This document shows positions 33,153 through 42,871 of a stretch of 64,000 bases of DNA, piece by piece. Each line of letters begins with the position of its first letter. Positions within the stretch are counted from its first letter, which is position 1. The stretch lies in the IMG/VR virus record IMGVR_UViG_2548876947_000004; one strand, 5' to 3'. The notes below the pieces were generated by a model. It was not told where the DNA came from, ran no database searches, and saw only the letters and a list, made by a program, of their open reading frames with translations. The stretch comes from a virus (Duplodnaviria > Heunggongvirae > Uroviricota > Caudoviricetes). The position numbers were made by a program, and so were the translations under genes.

Positions 33153-34004
33153 TTATTGCGCGCTTTCGGGGTTGTCGTTTACTGGCTGCCCCTTCTTGGT
33201 TTTACGGCTGCGCGTAACTGATGCGGCTGACTTAACCTTTTTCTCTTCGCGAGTGATGGCAATTTGTTTTTTTACATTTTCAATATCTGCCAGGCGATAT
33301 ATTTTTGCTTGCGGCCAGCGGTCGCAGATGATCGGTTCTATGGAGTCATAAAGGCTAAATTTTGCTTTTTCGAATTCACCGTTGATGATAATTCCATCAC
33401 GGAGAGTTTCATCGCAGATAAACACGCCACACAGTGGCACATGGTAACTAACTGATTTACCATCATTGTAGTTAGGGCTACTGGAAATGTAGTGGACGCG
33501 CAGCATTGTTTCGCTAAAGCCGTGTACGCGCATACGGAATTTTTCATCCTCCGGGTACTGCCTCATTAGCTCTTTTGTTGCTTCCAGGTTCTCTATGTAT
33601 TTCGCACTGTGCTCATTGATCCCCGCGCTTTTTTGGATGCGAATGTCCTTATCAATCAGATGAATAATGCGGCCAGCGGTCATGTTGACGCTGTTCACAG
33701 CTTCTGTCTGATAAGTTGTAACCTTGCGCACACCGCGAAGGATGTTAGGCACTGGATATAAAATAGTCTTTGGGATATTGAGGTCTGGGTACTGTTCCAG
33801 TTCCCGCGCCATTAAAGTCCATTTATCAATTTCAGCCTGAATGCTGTCAGTTTCTTTGAACGGTAGAACGACAACCGGGCGTACAGGACGACCGTCGCTG
33901 GCTGTATCAACGTGTTGGGCGCGTGCAACAGCTTTTTTTAGAAAGAGATCCCTGAAGCTGACGAACTCCTGGTACAGTTGTTCGCCGTAGACATAATTTA
34001 TCAT
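33153..34004 (-). CDS. c1: C1 repressor of lysogeny
   Basis: 283 aa, matches P1 C1 as recalled; flanked by C1 operators; Coi-like gene immediately upstream. Confidence 0.9.
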   Translation of the reverse strand: MINYVYGEQLYQEFVSFRDLFLKKAVARAQHVDTASDGRPVRPVVVLPFKETDSIQAEIDKWTLMARELEQYPDLNIPKTILYPVPNILRGVRKVTTYQTEAVNSVNMTAGRIIHLIDKDIRIQKSAGINEHSAKYIENLEATKELMRQYPEDEKFRMRVHGFSETMLRVHYISSSPNYNDGKSVSYHVPLCGVFICDETLRDGIIINGEFEKAKFSLYDSIEPIICDRWPQAKIYRLADIENVKKQIAITREEKKVKSAASVTRSRKTKKGQPVNDNPESAQ

Positions 34005-34098
34005 TGATCCTCCTCCAGAATTGACATGGTCAATAACGCCCGGCTGAGAAAACCGGTCATTACTGACCTATATTATAGAGGGATCAAACAAAAATAAT

Positions 34099-34115
34099 AG
34101 ATTTATTAGTGCATT
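34099..34115 (-). promoter_or_regulatory. C1 operator between coi and c1
   Basis: AGATTTATTAGTGCATT, 14/17 to the inverted consensus. Confidence 0.45.
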
Positions 34116-34324
34116 TATTGTGAGTCTAACTGGTTAGTTGCCATGAGATATTCGATTGTGTCAGTGAGGTCATCCAGGTCGTCTTGGGTGATGCGGTACT
34201 CCTGATTGGATATCTTTGAGTAGTGTTCAGCAATGGCGCGGGCAGCGTCGGTTTCGGCAGGGTCTACAGATAAAGCGTTAGAGCAATGTCTAACGTCGTC
34301 GATGGTTGGTTGAATGAAAGCCAT
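34115..34324 (-). CDS. coi: C1 inactivator Coi
   Basis: 69-aa ORF directly upstream of c1 on the same strand, behind two operators. Confidence 0.75.
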   Translation of the reverse strand: MAFIQPTIDDVRHCSNALSVDPAETDAARAIAEHYSKISNQEYRITQDDLDDLTDTIEYLMATNQLDSQ

Positions 34325-34562
34325 AATTATGCCTCACTGTATTGACAACACAGAGCCTGAAGCTCTGACCTACTGTTTCACCCATGATCCATGCTGGGGT
34401 AATCTAACAACATTGCGCTGTGTGTAAGATGAGCAATGCATAGCTGTAATGCCGTTGTATAAGGTTTCCCTGTTTGCTCATTTCCTTCTGAGCCGCTCTA
34501 CAACGCTGAAGACACATTAAATAGTGAATCCAAAGTCGTATTACGTAACGACGGCAAAACTA

Positions 34563-34579
34563 TAATTTATTAGAGCAAT
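34563..34579 (-). promoter_or_regulatory. C1 operator upstream of coi/c1
   Basis: TAATTTATTAGAGCAAT, 16/17 to the inverted consensus. Confidence 0.65.
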
Positions 34580-34644
34580 TGTCAAACAACTATGAAAAAC
34601 AATCCAGTTTTTAGCTGGTGGAGTGGGATTTTTCTCTCTAAATT

Positions 34645-34661
34645 TATTGCTCTAATAATTA
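34645..34661 (+). promoter_or_regulatory. C1 operator upstream of coi/c1
   Basis: ATTGCTCTAATAATTAT, 15/17. Confidence 0.6.
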
Positions 34662-34705
34662 TTGATTTTTGTGCACAGCTGGACGTAAACTCCCCTTCGG
34701 ACCTG

Positions 34706-34739
34706 ATAACTTCGTATAGCATACATTATACGAAGTTAT
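34706..34739. other. loxP site-specific recombination site
   Basis: Exact ATAACTTCGTATA-GCATACAT-TATACGAAGTTAT (13-bp inverted repeats around an 8-bp spacer). Confidence 0.97.
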
Positions 34740-35147
34740 ATTAAGGGTTATTGAACATGATCAATTTACCTGTAAATCCATACAGTTCAATACCTTAGCA
34801 GGTCAAATAGTGATCACTTGATCATCTGATAAAGGTTGCGCTACGTAAAATCTGTGAAAAGTTGGCGGTGTTAGTCCTACAGATTTCGCGTAGCGCACTT
34901 AGCACCACCAATCAATCAGAGGTGAAAAATGGGATATTCAACTGCTAAAGTGTCCACTCATCTTGAGCTTGAGAAAAACCGTGGTTACTGGCGTTTGATC
35001 GTGATAGTTGCCAACTGTCATTATTGCGTGGTGAAGAGAAAATAGAACGCACGCGCGGTCGCTGGCGTTTCTATGACGAGAACCATAAACAGGTAAAGGC
35101 AGAGCCGATCCTGTACACTTTACTTAAAACCATCATCTGAGTGTTAA

Positions 35148-36179
35148 ATGTCCAATTTACTGACCGTACACCAAAATTTGCCTGCATTACCGGTCGATGC
35201 AACGAGTGATGAGGTTCGCAAGAACCTGATGGACATGTTCAGGGATCGCCAGGCGTTTTCTGAGCATACCTGGAAAATGCTTCTGTCCGTTTGCCGGTCG
35301 TGGGCGGCATGGTGCAAGTTGAATAACCGGAAGTGGTTTCCCGCAGAACCTGAAGATGTTCGCGATTATCTTCTATATCTTCAGGCGCGCGGTCTGGCAG
35401 TGAAAACTATCCAGCAACATTTGGGCCAGCTAAACATGCTTCATCGTCGGTCCGGGCTGCCACGACCAAGTGACAGCAATGCTGTTTCACTGGTCATGCG
35501 GCGGATCCGAAAAGAAAACGTTGATGCCGGTGAACGTGCAAAACAGGCGCTGGCGTTCGAACGCACTGATTTCGACCTGGTTCGTTCACTCATGGAAAAT
35601 AGCGATCGCTGCCAGGATATACGTAATCTAGCATTTCTGGGGATTGCTTATAACACCCTGTTACGTATAGCCGAAATTGCCAGGATCAGGGTTAAAGATA
35701 TCTCACGTACTGACGGTGGGAGAATGTTAATCCATATTGGCAGAACGAAAACGCTGGTTAGCACCGCAGGTGTAGAGAAGGCACTTAGCCTGGGGGTAAC
35801 TAAACTGGTCGAGCGATGGATTTCTGTCTCTGGTGTGGCTGATGATCCGAATAACTACTTGTTTTGCCGTGTCAGAAAAAATGGTGTTGCCGCGCCATCT
35901 GCCACCAGCCAGCTATCAACTCGCGCCCTGGAAGGGATTTTTGAAGCAACTCATCGATTGATTTACGGCGCTAAGGATGACTCTGGTCAGAGATACCTGG
36001 CCTGGTCTGGACACAGTGCCCGTGTCGGAGCCGCGCGAGATATGGCCCGCGCCGGAGTTTCAATACCGGAGATCATGCAAGCTGGTGGCTGGACCAACGT
36101 AAATATTGTCATGAACTATATCCGTAACCTGGATAGTGAAACGGGGGCAATGGTGCGCCTGCTGGAAGATGGCGATTAG
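35148..36179 (+). CDS. cre: Cre tyrosine recombinase
   Basis: 343 aa beginning MSNLLTVHQNLPALPVD; matches Cre as recalled; loxP lies about 400 bp upstream. Confidence 0.97.
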   Translation: MSNLLTVHQNLPALPVDATSDEVRKNLMDMFRDRQAFSEHTWKMLLSVCRSWAAWCKLNNRKWFPAEPEDVRDYLLYLQARGLAVKTIQQHLGQLNMLHRRSGLPRPSDSNAVSLVMRRIRKENVDAGERAKQALAFERTDFDLVRSLMENSDRCQDIRNLAFLGIAYNTLLRIAEIARIRVKDISRTDGGRMLIHIGRTKTLVSTAGVEKALSLGVTKLVERWISVSGVADDPNNYLFCRVRKNGVAAPSATSQLSTRALEGIFEATHRLIYGAKDDSGQRYLAWSGHSARVGAARDMARAGVSIPEIMQAGGWTNVNIVMNYIRNLDSETGAMVRLLEDGD

Positions 36180-36196
36180 CCGTTCATTTGCACTTG

Positions 36197-36213
36197 ATTG
36201 CTCTAATTATTTG
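36197..36213 (+). promoter_or_regulatory. C1 operator-like site
   Basis: ATTGCTCTAATTATTTG, 14/17. Confidence 0.45.
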
Positions 36214-36229
36214 ATATTTATGGTGACGC

Positions 36230-36541
36230 ATGCGGAAGGATTTCAAAATAGACGGAAAATATGTGGTGCTGTCTGTAAGCTCTCAAATTCAGTCACCATC
36301 TGTCATTGTCACCGTAAAGTTGAGCGATAGGATACCTGATATCGACTCGATATCTGTTGCGTTCCCCGTTAAAAGCATGCGGAGTGCTGAACATTTTGTG
36401 ATGAATGCAACGGAGGAGGAAGCGCGGCGCGGGCTTACTAGAGTGATGGTGGAATTTGGCGAACTCCTGGGTAAGGTAAACAATGCCCTTTCAATCAGTT
36501 CAGCAAGATCCAAAGCGTTAACAGCTTCCATGATGAAATAA
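36230..36541 (+). CDS. Hypothetical protein at the position of cra (cre-associated)
   Basis: 103-aa ORF between cre and ref; assigned by position. Confidence 0.5.
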   Translation: MRKDFKIDGKYVVLSVSSQIQSPSVIVTVKLSDRIPDIDSISVAFPVKSMRSAEHFVMNATEEEARRGLTRVMVEFGELLGKVNNALSISSARSKALTASMMK

Positions 36542-36672
36542 AAAAAGCCTGGCAAGGAGCCAGGCTGCACAAAAGAGCGGGTTTGTATTCCGCATCCAAT
36601 CAATCAAGAAGGAGTATAGCACACAGGTACTGAAGTGAAAAAATGTGATTCGCGATTAACAAAATATCTACC

Positions 36673-36696
36673 ATTGCTCTAATTGATTGCTATAAT
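36673..36696 (+). promoter_or_regulatory. C1 operator overlapping a TATAAT -10 element (ref promoter)
   Basis: ATTGCTCTAATTGATTG (14/17) at 36673-36689, immediately followed by TATAAT at 36691-36696. Confidence 0.6.
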
Positions 36697-36756
36697 TAAG
36701 CCGCATTTTTTGTCAACTACGAAGACGTTGCCATTACTTAACTCCTTGACATCATT

Positions 36757-36782
36757 GGCGGCCATTAGGCCGCCTTTTTTTT
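36757..36782 (+). terminator. Terminator-like hairpin plus T8 in the ref 5' leader
   Basis: GGCGGCC-ATTA-GGCCGCC followed by TTTTTTTT, ending 5 nt before the ref ATG. Confidence 0.5.
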
Positions 36783-36787
36783 GCCAT

Positions 36788-37348
36788 ATGAAAACAATCG
36801 AACAAAAACTTGAACAGCGCCGCGAGTGGCAGAAGGCAGCCAGAGAACGAGCGATCGCTCGGCAACGGGAAAAGTTGGCTGACCCCGCCTGGCGAGAATC
36901 GCAATATCAGAAAATGCGGGATTCTATCGACCGCCGTATCGCTAAACAGAAAGAGCGCCCACCAGCCAGCAAAACGCGGAAAAGTGCGGTAAAGATAAAA
37001 TCTCGTGGCTTGAAGGGGCGAACACCGACGGCGGAGGAACGGAGCATCGCCAATGCTCTTGGTGCTCTCCCCTGCATTGCCTGCTACATGCATGGAGTAA
37101 TATCTGAAGAGGTGTCTCTGCACCATATCTCCGGTCGTACCGCGCCGGGTTGTCACAAAAAGCAATTGCCCCTTTGTAGATGGCACCACCAGCATGCAGC
37201 ACCGGCTGAAGTAAGAGAAAAATACCCCTGGCTGGGCCCTGTTCATGCCGATGGTGTGGTTGGAGGCAAGAAAGAGTTCACCTTGCTGAACAAGTCAGAG
37301 ATGGAGTTGCTGGCTGACGCCTATGAAATGGCAAACATCATGCACTAA
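36788..37348 (+). CDS. ref: Recombination enhancement function Ref (HNH-type endonuclease)
   Basis: 186 aa from MKTIEQKLEQ; HNH-like CxxC...RWHHQH core; ORF-track start at 36683 rejected. Confidence 0.88.
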   Translation: MKTIEQKLEQRREWQKAARERAIARQREKLADPAWRESQYQKMRDSIDRRIAKQKERPPASKTRKSAVKIKSRGLKGRTPTAEERSIANALGALPCIACYMHGVISEEVSLHHISGRTAPGCHKKQLPLCRWHHQHAAPAEVREKYPWLGPVHADGVVGGKKEFTLLNKSEMELLADAYEMANIMH

Positions 37349-37355
37349 TAAATAT
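37339..37355 (+). promoter_or_regulatory. Weak C1 operator-like site
   Basis: CATGCACTAATAAATAT, 13/17, overlapping the ref stop. Confidence 0.3.
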
Positions 37356-37536
37356 ATTATTTTTAATCTTAAATGATTGACAACTGACAAGTGACTTGAG
37401 TCAGAATCATCACACGCCCGGTACGGATGGATCCCTTTTCAAATATTCCATGGACGGCACCGTCTGAGTACCGGGCGCTACCTTCAGTTGTATTGCTAAG
37501 CCGCCGCTGGTGGCTTTTCTTTTTTGTAGGGGCGCT

Positions 37537-38178
37537 ATGGATAAGAAAATATGCGTTGTTTCAATGAGCGTCGGCAAACCGGCGTCAATGACTGCTGCAT
37601 GGATCAACAATGAGCTGATAATGGCTGAGCGGACCAGCTACCCTGAACGCCGCCGCGATATGGAACTCCAGCTGCTGCGCGAATTGCGAGAAAAAGAGGA
37701 AAAGGGTTTTATCGTGCTGGTGGAAGAGGAAAACAGCTTTATTACCGGTCGAGTTGGCCAGCGTGTAAGGTTGCGCGATCCCTTCATGAAGGGCAGGCCG
37801 GTACTAATTGAAGCAATGCAGATTTACAAGGAGCTGGAACGCCAGAAAGCGATCAAGTTACCGCGCAAAGAATCCGGCAAATACATCCTCCACCAAAGCA
37901 TCTTCGATTCCGAACACGACAAAAAAGGCGATGAATTTTTCAACATCAACTGGAGCGAAATAACGACAGAGCACGTTCTGACGTTGTTATGCTGCTTCGC
38001 AACGGAATATAACAACGTTGCAAGCGCCGACTACATTAGGGCAATGGCAGGAGAAGTTGATGCCCGCCAGGAATCATCGTTACTAAGCCCTCTGATTAAC
38101 ATAATTCGCGGAACCCAAACACTGGCACAAAAACGGGTGCCTAAAGGGGAGTTAACTGGAAAAGGAAATTATCTATAA
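37537..38178 (+). CDS. Hypothetical protein at the position of mat (particle maturation)
   Basis: ATG 37537 after GTAGGGG SD, in frame with ORF 37510-38178; no domain recognised. Confidence 0.5.
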   Translation: MDKKICVVSMSVGKPASMTAAWINNELIMAERTSYPERRRDMELQLLRELREKEEKGFIVLVEEENSFITGRVGQRVRLRDPFMKGRPVLIEAMQIYKELERQKAIKLPRKESGKYILHQSIFDSEHDKKGDEFFNINWSEITTEHVLTLLCCFATEYNNVASADYIRAMAGEVDARQESSLLSPLINIIRGTQTLAQKRVPKGELTGKGNYL

Positions 38179-38234
38179 ACGTCAATGCATTAGGGTATAC
38201 TTCTCCATAGAACTATAAGTAAATGGAGTAAGTA

Positions 38235-39542
38235 ATGAGCGAATATGTTGAGTTAGCATACGCTGCCGCTACAAGCAGGCTTTGTCTATTTACCGGGACT
38301 GGCTTTTCAAAGGCAGTCTCGAACGGTGAAGCTCCAACGTGGAAGGAACTATTAAAAAAAGTTTGCAGCAAAGTTCACAATGCCAAACAGTTGGAAGACA
38401 CGTTATTCCCTGATGATAAACCACCAGCACTGAGTCTTGAAGAAGCCGCACAAATACTATCTTTGAAGCTCAATATTGAGGGTAATTCGATTTATGATGA
38501 AATTGTTGACATCATATCTCCAATTCAACTTGGAGAAGACATATCAAATATAAAAGACTTTTTCCAAAAAAACTCATTCCGTATCATTACAACAAATTAT
38601 GACAAGTTGGCTGAATGCTTGGTTGGAGATGAAAGTGTACAGTCTATCACGCCCGGTCTGCCAATTCCAAAGTATCCATCCAAGGTGAAAATATATCATG
38701 TTCATGGTTCTATTGATTCGCCAAAAAATATGATTGTCACTTCAGATGATTACTTCAGATTTATAAATTCCGATACTTATTTTTCACGAAAACTTAGTAC
38801 GATGCTGCATGAAAATACAGTTGCGATATTAGGGTATTCTTTAAGCGACACAAATCTTAAAGCAATTATAAATGACTATAAAAAATTTTCGAAAAATAAT
38901 GCCCTGTGCTCTAATATCTTTTTGATATCTCGCAACAAAGTAAGTCAAGATATGAAGGATTATTACTTCTATTGCTTTGGTATAAGGGTAATTGACAATA
39001 CAGAAATAGATTGTTTCTTTAGTCGATTAAGTTATAAGATGTCTCTCATTAAAGACATCATTGAAAGAGCGCGTGAAAATATCAGAAAAGTTGTTTCAGG
39101 GGCTTATACTTATAAAGATGAATATCTTGAATTAGAGGACTCATTTTATCAAATTATATCATCAATTATATCGGAAGGTTTAGATTGGAATGATGATAAA
39201 GTCGTTTCTCTTTTCGAAAGGATAATAGAAAAAAAGCGAAAGTTAACCAGGAATGACGGAGCCTGGGAGCAATATGAACAGTTGGCAAAATGGCTTATAT
39301 ATTTTGGAAGCATCATAGAGGTTAGCAATACTAAGTATGAAAAAACATATTTAGACGCAGTTGAATTCTCGATGGGTCATATGAGTAAAGAAAGGACTTG
39401 GGGAGTTTCTTGGTATGCTTACAGAGCTTGGGAAACACGGTGGCCTGCAATAATTGCCTCAAATAGATTAATGATAAAAAACCACATTGAAACATTAGGC
39501 ACCTTGAAGGACGCCAACCTTATAGTTAAGAATATAGTGTAA
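38235..39542 (+). CDS. SIR2-family (sirtuin-like) protein with an uncharacterised helical C-terminal domain; candidate NAD-depleting defence effector
   Basis: LFTGTGFS (aa 18-25), TTNYD (119-123), HVHGS (155-159); GGAG SD; AT-rich relative to the backbone; strong terminator downstream. Confidence 0.8.
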   Translation: MSEYVELAYAAATSRLCLFTGTGFSKAVSNGEAPTWKELLKKVCSKVHNAKQLEDTLFPDDKPPALSLEEAAQILSLKLNIEGNSIYDEIVDIISPIQLGEDISNIKDFFQKNSFRIITTNYDKLAECLVGDESVQSITPGLPIPKYPSKVKIYHVHGSIDSPKNMIVTSDDYFRFINSDTYFSRKLSTMLHENTVAILGYSLSDTNLKAIINDYKKFSKNNALCSNIFLISRNKVSQDMKDYYFYCFGIRVIDNTEIDCFFSRLSYKMSLIKDIIERARENIRKVVSGAYTYKDEYLELEDSFYQIISSIISEGLDWNDDKVVSLFERIIEKKRKLTRNDGAWEQYEQLAKWLIYFGSIIEVSNTKYEKTYLDAVEFSMGHMSKERTWGVSWYAYRAWETRWPAIIASNRLMIKNHIETLGTLKDANLIVKNIV

Positions 39543-39559
39543 TTGTGGTCGATAAAAAT

Positions 39560-39587
39560 TTATCGGGCAGATAAAACTGCCCGATAA
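39560..39587. terminator. Bidirectional terminator between the SIR2-like gene and lxc
   Basis: TTATCGGGCAG-ATAAAA-CTGCCCGATAA hairpin with AT-rich flanks on both sides. Confidence 0.6.
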
Positions 39588-39588
39588 A

Positions 39589-39837
39589 TTAATCAGCATT
39601 CAGGAGCAATGCGTTATCTATGATAATCTGCTCCCATTCTTCGAATGCCCGGTCGCGGACGCCCTGGGGAACGCTGTTAGTTTTGAAATCGACGACCGTC
39701 CGCCATTTTCCGTCAGGACGGTACATGCGCAGAGCTTTACTTCCCCCTTCCCTGCGCACCTCAACGTTATGCTTATCAGCAAACTCTTGCAATGCTCGTA
39801 GCGTCCCATGCTTTACTGTGTAGTATCGCTTTTTCAA
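39589..39837 (-). CDS. lxc: Small basic protein, probably Lxc/Bof (C1 co-repressor)
   Basis: 82-aa ORF, the size recalled for Bof; 4-nt overlap with upstream gene; sequence not independently verified. Confidence 0.5.
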   Translation of the reverse strand: MKKRYYTVKHGTLRALQEFADKHNVEVRREGGSKALRMYRPDGKWRTVVDFKTNSVPQGVRDRAFEEWEQIIIDNALLLNAD

Positions 39838-40325
39838 GTTTTCTCTCCAGCCTGTGCTAAGGCTTCAACTTCCAAATCGTAAGACTCAAACTCATAGTCC
39901 TGGTCGTCAACCTCTTCAGACACTGGCAGTAAATGCCAGGCTGAGTATATCTGGCCATTATCGAAACGCTCCTGGCTGTAGAGCGTCGCGGCTATGAGTG
40001 TCAGCGCCGGGCGGTCATAACGGTAAATTTTGCGAACGTCATGGTCAACGAGACGACCGAAATTACCATAACCGTGCTCCAGTAATAATTTTTTAATTTC
40101 CGGCCAGTATGGGCCATAGCTGCGGTACAGGCGGGGATTTTTCAGTAATCGCCCGCGTAGCCCTGACAGGAAGAAATCAACGTATTCGTCTTCTGTCTTT
40201 CCTAACAACGCTGCACGGAGTACCGCCTCAAGATATGTTTTATTCGGTTTTATTGTATCAGATAGTGTGGCCATATTATGCGACGTCCGGCGAACCGGGC
40301 ATTGAAACAGAGTAATCACCTTCAT
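39834..40325 (-). CDS. Hypothetical protein upstream of lxc (ulx position)
   Basis: 163-aa ORF; true start may be the internal Met (MATLSD, 40274). Confidence 0.45.
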   Translation of the reverse strand: MKVITLFQCPVRRTSHNMATLSDTIKPNKTYLEAVLRAALLGKTEDEYVDFFLSGLRGRLLKNPRLYRSYGPYWPEIKKLLLEHGYGNFGRLVDHDVRKIYRYDRPALTLIAATLYSQERFDNGQIYSAWHLLPVSEEVDDQDYEFESYDLEVEALAQAGEKT

Positions 40326-40649
40326 CCGCTACAGTATAGTTCTGCTCAACAATCAGTTGAGCGGCATTCTCGTTAGTATTCTGGGCTAAAACATTGACGC
40401 ATCAGTGTTGTTCTGAAATGAGCGTATCACCTCTGTGCAGGTGGACAAATCCAGTAAACCACTACAGTCTTCAAAGGCTTTGAAGTTTTAGTTTGTTCAT
40501 TAGTCAGAGCCTGTACCTATTTTGTCTATAATTCAACCTATGTTAATAGTGAAAGTGAACGTATCAAAATCAAGCAATTACACAAATCGATGTACAGGCT
40601 CATTGGCACTTGAGGAATCTGATGACAATTACGCGGTAAGGTTTATGCT

Positions 40650-41597
40650 TTATAATATCGTAATTGTTGCATTTATCGTAACTATCCCGCTACCGGTATC
40701 TCCGCGTATTTTCATTGTAAGAGGTTCATCAACCCCTGCTCCAAAGGGAGGGACCACGTAATCTATTTGTTGCCCAATTGGTATATTGGACATTCCCAGA
40801 CCTTGTATTTCTACATCATACGTTCCAGTGGACACTATTTGGAATGTTAGTTTGGCGTTAATGGTTTCGTTATCTGAACTGTTAACAGCGTTTAGTGCAG
40901 TGGTTGCTGTGCAGGTGTTACCAGTAGTTGCCATACACGACAATTGGCTATCTTTGAAATTCATATTTACAGCATGGTTGTTGATCGCGGTATACGTAAT
41001 TACGAGTTTATTACGAATGTTACTTTGGTGATTGGACGTATCGTCGTCCGCGCTATATGCCCACTGGTCCTCAAGAGTTACGCTGTACGTCCCCTCTAAT
41101 GTTTCCGTTGTACTGAAAGGGCGTAATTTTATGTCGACATTAGGCCGATAGCTAGCTACTTTTCTCACTATGCCAGCACCTTGAACATCGTTGTTCTCGT
41201 ATTTTGCGTATCCTAGATTTAGTGTGCTAGCGTTATAGCCAATTTCTGCTATATATTGTGAATTGCCACTAATCGGTTTTTTGCTTCCCGGTATAACGGA
41301 GTAGGTATTTACGTTGTTCGAGTAATAGGACAGTCCCATGTATATCCTGTCAGCTCTATCGAGGGTGTATTTATAGGTGAACTCGCCTCCTCTGATACAA
41401 TCCCAGATCGACATTGTTTTTGTCGTGGACTCTCCATTAACCCATTGCGCATTCTTGTTAGTAGTAGCTCCTTGTATAAAAATGGATGTAGGACACATGA
41501 GCGATCCAGCGTGGCTGGATAGACTGGTAAGCAATATTGCTATAGATATATATTTGGTCATTCTTGGCAGTCTCATTGTTGATTTGTAAATTTTCAT
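40650..41597 (-). CDS. Secreted fimbrial adhesin/tip-like protein (last gene of fimbrial operon)
   Basis: Signal peptide (likely start at Met13 MTKYISIAILLTSLSSHA), S/T/N/Y-rich; very AT-rich codon usage. Confidence 0.4.
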   Translation of the reverse strand: MKIYKSTMRLPRMTKYISIAILLTSLSSHAGSLMCPTSIFIQGATTNKNAQWVNGESTTKTMSIWDCIRGGEFTYKYTLDRADRIYMGLSYYSNNVNTYSVIPGSKKPISGNSQYIAEIGYNASTLNLGYAKYENNDVQGAGIVRKVASYRPNVDIKLRPFSTTETLEGTYSVTLEDQWAYSADDDTSNHQSNIRNKLVITYTAINNHAVNMNFKDSQLSCMATTGNTCTATTALNAVNSSDNETINAKLTFQIVSTGTYDVEIQGLGMSNIPIGQQIDYVVPPFGAGVDEPLTMKIRGDTGSGIVTINATITIL

Positions 41598-41986
41598 ACG
41601 GGCAAAGCGCTCTTCTACTGCCCACGATATCCATCGTGCCGTATGATGTTTCCTCCGCTAGAGAACAATCTCTTCAGCCCCTCTTCGGGCATGTTTCTCA
41701 AGTCGCTGCTTGTTTTGCCCATAGCACTATCCTTGTGCTCTCGTTGCATAAAACTACACACCAAGCCAGTCAATCCACGCTCCATACGACTGACCTATGT
41801 TTTATCCGAATTGCATTATCCTCAAAATAATGACAGCACGCGTAACGGTTTGCGCCCTGTCCTGCGGTTCGAGAAAGCTCACTCTTCCGTAGCACCGATA
41901 TATTTCTGCAACTCATATTCCCTATGTGATGTTTGCGTTATAACGCGTCGTAAAACACTCTGCGTTATCCCAGCCCTTTGTCCCCT

Positions 41987-42628
41987 TTATTCCTGACGCT
42001 TCAGCAATCCGCTAACCACGTCCGCAAAAGCTTTTCCGTAGCCCTGCTCACTGGACGCCTGTATGGCTCCGTTATTCATCAAGTATTTTCCCCTGACGAA
42101 GAAAGAAGGTGTTCCTGTTACACCATAAGTTCTTGCCGCTTCCTGCTGTTTTGCCGTAAGGGCACGTACCGCCATACTGTTTTTTGCTGCATCATAGTCC
42201 CTTTCGGAAATACCGGCATCGATGAACACTTGGCGAATACTGGCTTCCGTCGTAATGTTCCTGTTTACCTGTACTGCCACAAATAGTGGTAACTCCACTT
42301 TGTCTTCCACACCCAGTACTTTTGCCACCGACCAAGCTTCTGTCAGCTCCTCTCCCATCGGCCCCATTGTGCTAACGTGATACTTAACAACTTTCTCTCC
42401 AGCTGGCAGGATTTTGTCCACTGCCTGACTGACAAAAAAACGACTGCTGAAGGCTGCACAGGGCGGACAGTAAAAGGAGAAAAACTCCACCACCGCCGGA
42501 GTATCCTCTACCGGCATCTTCAGCATGGTATAGTCCTTTCCTTCCACGGGAACTGCCGCCTGAGTATGGGGCATACAAGTGATGCCCAGCCCACAGAACA
42601 GCAGAAATATCAGTTTTCTGAACATCAT
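41987..42628 (-). CDS. Periplasmic thiol:disulfide oxidoreductase, DsbA family with CPPC active site (SrgA-like)
   Basis: Signal peptide then FFSFYCPPCAAF thioredoxin-fold motif; 213 aa. Confidence 0.75.
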   Translation of the reverse strand: MMFRKLIFLLFCGLGITCMPHTQAAVPVEGKDYTMLKMPVEDTPAVVEFFSFYCPPCAAFSSRFFVSQAVDKILPAGEKVVKYHVSTMGPMGEELTEAWSVAKVLGVEDKVELPLFVAVQVNRNITTEASIRQVFIDAGISERDYDAAKNSMAVRALTAKQQEAARTYGVTGTPSFFVRGKYLMNNGAIQASSEQGYGKAFADVVSGLLKRQE

Positions 42629-42871
42629 TAATTACCTTTCACTTTATTTATTAAAGAATAATAGAAATTGTTTTTCTGTCCGAAACACCATGCCGGATCA
42701 GTAATAATTCTGCAGCAAATGAGTTTCAAACCAGAGATAGCCCCAGAGAAAACAGTTCAGGATGAACAGAAAAATTTCTGCAAAATATTCTTTCAGCCTC
42801 CCTCCAGTTCTCTCCCCTTTTGCGTACACCTTTTTCCTGCCTACAGGTATTTGTTTCACCTTTGGCCTTCT

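Noticed and set aside
36683-36787. N-terminal extension of the ref ORF (ORF-track start at 36683)
   Set aside because: The extension would be translated through the operator, the -10 element and the leader hairpin; the recalled Ref N-terminus begins at MKTIEQ (36788).
39589-40325. Two small convergent minus-strand genes as a toxin-antitoxin or partner pair for the SIR2 gene
   Set aside because: Opposite strand from the SIR2 gene and separated by a bidirectional terminator; the 82-aa protein better fits Lxc/Bof and the pair fits ulx-lxc backbone synteny. No HicA-type motif found.
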